64,000 bases of DNA from Fidelibacterota bacterium (GTDB lineage: Bacteria > Fidelibacterota > UBA2242). Positions 60,596 to 64,000 of this stretch are shown piece after piece (positions within the stretch are counted from its first letter, which is position 1; the number at the start of each line of letters is the position of its first letter). The translations under genes and the position numbers were made by a program. The stretch lies in contig JADHWC010000003.1 of assembly GCA_016783665.1 (NCBI GenBank), forward strand, positions 1,959 through 65,958, in the 5' to 3' direction. Below the pieces are notes generated by a model. The model ran no database searches, was not told the DNA's origin, and saw nothing but the letters and a program-made list of their open reading frames with translations.

Positions 60596-61612
60596 ATGAA
60601 AAAGTTTTTAGTTTTGCTTTCACTATTATTAATAATTATTTCTTCCTGTACTAAAAAGGAACCGAGTTTAATCCTTGAAAAGGATACTCCTGCTTTTTTA
60701 CTGGCTCAGGAAATTACCCAAAAAATTCCCTATCTTGACCCTGTAAAGAATAATGCTCTCATTAAGACCAAACATTTCAATATCGCCACTGGCGATGTTT
60801 TTAATGCAATTCATAATAATTTTGGTAACCGCGCCAGACAATTATCCTCATTTGACGAAACACGAATAAAATCAATTGTCTCACAACATGCCAAACAACT
60901 TACCGAAATAAAATTACTGCTTAACGCCGCGGAACGCTTCCAAATTGAGGTTACAGAAGAAGAAGTTGATAGTCTCATCGATGCGCGCTACATCAGAAAT
61001 GGTGGTAAAGACCGATTTTTAGGTTGGTTACAAAGTAATGAAATTAAATATGAAACGGTTCATAATGATTCAAAAAACGGATTAATCATACAAAAATACA
61101 TCGAGAAATCCTTAGCGAAAGATCTTGCCGTAACCGAAGAAGAATTACTGGAAATGTACAACCAGGATAAGTATGCATCTGTCCGCCATATTTTACTAAA
61201 AACTCAGGGAGTCAGCGATTCGACGAAAAATGAGATATATAAAAAAATGGATTCGCTATTAGTACGTGCAAAAAAAGGTGAAGATTTTACTGCGCTTGCA
61301 AATGAGTACTCCGAAGATCCCGGATCCAGTAATAAAGGCGGGCTGTACGAAAACATCACCCGCGGACAAATGGTTAAACCATTTGAAGACGCTTCATTTA
61401 ACATACCAGTTGGTGAAATAAGCGATATCGTCGAAACCACTTATGGATATCATATAATTAAAGTTATTGACCGAAAAAGAGACGAGCGTTCTTTTGAAGA
61501 GGTTAAAAACGGAATAGAAACAAAATTGAAAAACAAGAAACGCAATGAAGCTTACGAAAACCATATTAAAAAGTTAAAATCAAAAGCAAAGTATAAAGAA
61601 ATCGAATATTAG
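60596..61612 (+). CDS. Parvulin-type peptidyl-prolyl cis-trans isomerase (SurA/PrsA-like lipoprotein)
   Basis: 338 aa with signal/lipobox (IISSCTK), SurA-like N-terminal domain, and C-terminal parvulin domain (VRHILLK...GGLYENITRGQMVKPFEDA...GYHIIKV). Confidence 0.85.
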   Translation: MKKFLVLLSLLLIIISSCTKKEPSLILEKDTPAFLLAQEITQKIPYLDPVKNNALIKTKHFNIATGDVFNAIHNNFGNRARQLSSFDETRIKSIVSQHAKQLTEIKLLLNAAERFQIEVTEEEVDSLIDARYIRNGGKDRFLGWLQSNEIKYETVHNDSKNGLIIQKYIEKSLAKDLAVTEEELLEMYNQDKYASVRHILLKTQGVSDSTKNEIYKKMDSLLVRAKKGEDFTALANEYSEDPGSSNKGGLYENITRGQMVKPFEDASFNIPVGEISDIVETTYGYHIIKVIDRKRDERSFEEVKNGIETKLKNKKRNEAYENHIKKLKSKAKYKEIEY

Positions 61613-61688
61613 AGTATTACTTTTTTTTATAAATAAGCCGTCCATTCAGTTGAGTGGGCGGCTTTTCCATTGTAAGCGATTATAAACT

Positions 61689-62681
61689 TTAAAAATCAGC
61701 AGTACCAAAGAACTTCCCATCATACCGAACGATCAGCCCGTCACAGCCAGGTAAGGAATTTAAAATCTCAAGTCCTTTTGATACACCCGCAACAAAAATA
61801 CCGGTCGCTAATGCATCTGCCATTTCTGCGGTAGGCGCCAGAATTGTCACAGACTGACAGGAGTCAGCCGGTAAACCTGTTTTTGGATTGATAAGATGGT
61901 GATAGCGTTTGCCCTTATAAATAAAGTATTTCTGGTAATCACCTGAAGTAATAACTGCGCCGCTGTCAACTTCAATAATTTTCAGCATTTTTTTCAAATC
62001 CCTGGGATCCTGGATACCAACTCTCCATTTCTTACCATCGCCCCTTGGAAGCGCCCTGAGATCGCCGCCGGCATTCACCAATGCGCCTTTTATACCTTTG
62101 TCTTTTAGAATTTCAATCGCCTGGTCAACACCATATCCTTTTGCAATTCCACCTGTCGTCAACATCGTTTTGGGAGAGGCTGACATTAATACTCCACACT
62201 CCAAATCCACGGTTAGTGACCGGTAATCAACATAAGGAAGTAATGCATTTATTTCCCCTAATGCCGGTGGCACTGGTGATTCAGTCTTAAAATTATACAG
62301 TGGTAAAATAATCCCAACCGTCATATCGAAACAACCATCTGTCAATTCTGAGATTTTCAAGCCTCTCTGTATTAACCGAAGAACTTCATTCGGCATCGGC
62401 ACATTATTCGAAGTCCTGTGGCTAAACTCATACAGCGGACTTTCCGGGTTGCCTTCATAGAACAACGTTCCAATGCGGCTAATCTCTTCAAAAGCAGCAT
62501 CTATCGATTCATAAGCATGTTTTTCAGAGTAGTCCAATATAGTAATTTCAATCACCGTGCCCATTGCAAACCGGATTACCTGATAGGATTGTAACTTCGA
62601 CTTCGGAGAGCAGACGGAAAAAAGAACAAGAATCAGGAGTAAAATGAAAATCAGTGATTGAATAACATAATGTTTTTTCAT
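61689..62681 (-). CDS. apbE: FAD:protein FMN transferase ApbE
   Basis: 330 aa with signal peptide, IAKGYGVD and TSGDY motifs typical of ApbE flavin transferases; next to Rnf genes. Confidence 0.88.
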   Translation of the reverse strand: MKKHYVIQSLIFILLLILVLFSVCSPKSKLQSYQVIRFAMGTVIEITILDYSEKHAYESIDAAFEEISRIGTLFYEGNPESPLYEFSHRTSNNVPMPNEVLRLIQRGLKISELTDGCFDMTVGIILPLYNFKTESPVPPALGEINALLPYVDYRSLTVDLECGVLMSASPKTMLTTGGIAKGYGVDQAIEILKDKGIKGALVNAGGDLRALPRGDGKKWRVGIQDPRDLKKMLKIIEVDSGAVITSGDYQKYFIYKGKRYHHLINPKTGLPADSCQSVTILAPTAEMADALATGIFVAGVSKGLEILNSLPGCDGLIVRYDGKFFGTADF

Positions 62682-62727
62682 AATACTACATCTTAAATAT
62701 CTTTTATGTATTTATAAAATATATCAC

Positions 62728-63168
62728 TTATTTACAGATTTCTTTCATCGAAAAGACTGAGAAACCACCGGCGGCTTTTCTTTTAGCCCAATAGCGGGAT
62801 ATTAATCCGGCAATTGCAAGAACAGCTAATCCAATGCCGAACTGAAGAATATCAGATGGAATGCCAAGAAAAGAATCAGAAATCAGGTTATTGGCTACGA
62901 CCACAGCAAGCAGGAAACTCAATAGCGGTAATCCGTATTGCATAAATGCCAGCTTTAGTTGGTTTTTATCTGATTGTTCAATCAGTATCCGGTCTCCGAT
63001 CTGTGTATTAAGTGTATTGTTAAGGTATAATATTCGTTTACCCGAATCGCCGGGTCGGCAGACCATACGGGCGCCACAGCTGTGGCAATTATCGCTCTCC
63101 GCTAGTTCAATGCTGGCTCTATCACCTTTAATTTCGACTACTTTACCGATTTCAAAATCCTGATCCAA
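62728..63168 (-). CDS. rseC: RseC/MucC-family protein (SoxR-reducing-system component, common Rnf-operon accessory)
   Basis: 146 aa with an N-terminal Cys cluster (CHSCGARMVC) and two C-terminal TM helices. Confidence 0.7.
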   Translation of the reverse strand: MDQDFEIGKVVEIKGDRASIELAESDNCHSCGARMVCRPGDSGKRILYLNNTLNTQIGDRILIEQSDKNQLKLAFMQYGLPLLSFLLAVVVANNLISDSFLGIPSDILQFGIGLAVLAIAGLISRYWAKRKAAGGFSVFSMKEICK

Positions 63169-63987
63169 TTATGCCTCGTCCGCCTCTCCAACAATTACGA
63201 TGCATTTCGTTGGACATTTTTCTGTCGGTAATACAAGTTCTTTAGTGTATCTATCGTGATCAACGATTACCAAATTATTTTCAACTGTAAAACCGACGCC
63301 GTCAACCGCCTTTTCACAGATTTTACAGGCGATACAAGCAGCTTTACAAACCGCCCTGGAGTTTTTTCCGGAATCTTCATTTCGGCAAAGAACAAAAACA
63401 TGATGGCTTATTGGATGCATCTCGATAACATTTCGGGGACAGGCTTCGACACAATTGCCACAGCCTGTACATTTAACACGATCCACTACGGGAATGCCCT
63501 TGTCATTCATATAAATAGCGTCAAAAGGACATACAGCCACACAGTCACCATAACCAATACAACCGTAATTACAGGCTCGTTCACCACCACTCACGAAAGT
63601 TGCACCAATGCAGGATTGAATACCCTCATAATCCGCTTTTTTCTTTACGACGCCGTCGCCACCCTGGCACATCACAATTGCAACTTTTCTTTCACCTGTT
63701 TCAACATCCACTCCGAGAATTTGGGCTATTTTTTCTGCCGCTTCCGCACCACAAACAGGACAATCACTCAGTTGAGATTTTTCACCGGCGAGATTCTCTG
63801 CAAAATTAGCGCAGCCTCCATATCCGCAACTCCCGCAATTTGCTCCCGGTAATAAATCATTGATCAGTTCTATACGAGGATCCTCCTCAACATGCAATTT
63901 TTTATTGGCTAAAGTAATTAATATTGAGAAAAACAGACCAATTCCGCCCATACTTAAAACCGCATATACAAGGAATGTATAATTCAT
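63169..63987 (-). CDS. rnfB: Rnf electron-transport complex subunit B (RnfB)
   Basis: 272 aa with an N-terminal TM helix, a CGSCGYGGC...CPVCG cluster, and several CxxCxxCxxxCP 4Fe-4S ferredoxin motifs. Confidence 0.85.
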   Translation of the reverse strand: MNYTFLVYAVLSMGGIGLFFSILITLANKKLHVEEDPRIELINDLLPGANCGSCGYGGCANFAENLAGEKSQLSDCPVCGAEAAEKIAQILGVDVETGERKVAIVMCQGGDGVVKKKADYEGIQSCIGATFVSGGERACNYGCIGYGDCVAVCPFDAIYMNDKGIPVVDRVKCTGCGNCVEACPRNVIEMHPISHHVFVLCRNEDSGKNSRAVCKAACIACKICEKAVDGVGFTVENNLVIVDHDRYTKELVLPTEKCPTKCIVIVGEADEA

Positions 63988-64000
63988 TCCGATACTCCTT

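Overview
This 64 kb window looks like a chromosomal segment from a low-GC anaerobic bacterium, with a gene complement suggestive of the Fibrobacteres-Chlorobi-Bacteroidetes (FCB) group (inference only). Most genes are on the minus strand. Housekeeping genes are well represented: dprA, obg, htpG, fusA-like EF-G, recN, nnr, secG-tpiA-pgk, smc, rsmE, miaB, a small sigma-70-type factor, groES-groEL, folB-folK and a deoxynucleoside kinase. RNA genes found by eye are tRNA-Leu(GAG), tRNA-Arg(CCG) and a probable selenocysteine tRNA (anticodon UCA). An energy-metabolism cluster runs receiver domain -> NuoE/NuoF-like fusion -> [FeFe] hydrogenase HydA, and HydA carries TSCSP instead of the canonical TSCCP active-site motif. 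The end of an Rnf operon (rnfB-rseC-apbE) sits at the right edge. The main accessory region (about 14.9-25.1 kb) is a Type I restriction-modification operon, hsdM-fic-hsdS-[IS200/RAYT-like element]-hsdR. A Fic/DOC gene is embedded in it, an IS200-family insertion separates hsdS from hsdR, and an AT-rich UvrD-like helicase gene lies next to it. Several unexplained non-coding structures stand out. A family of GC-rich palindromic elements occurs at about 10.2 kb, in-frame inside hsdS at about 19.4 kb, and as a roughly 1.1 kb structured non-coding cluster at 30.8-31.9 kb. A 7-bp/21-bp tandem array of about 150 bp lies in the divergent htpG/hydrogenase promoter region. A triple-hairpin direct repeat of about 150 bp brackets a DUF559 endonuclease-like gene. 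An unlisted partial ORF (minus strand, 1-540) runs off the left edge.
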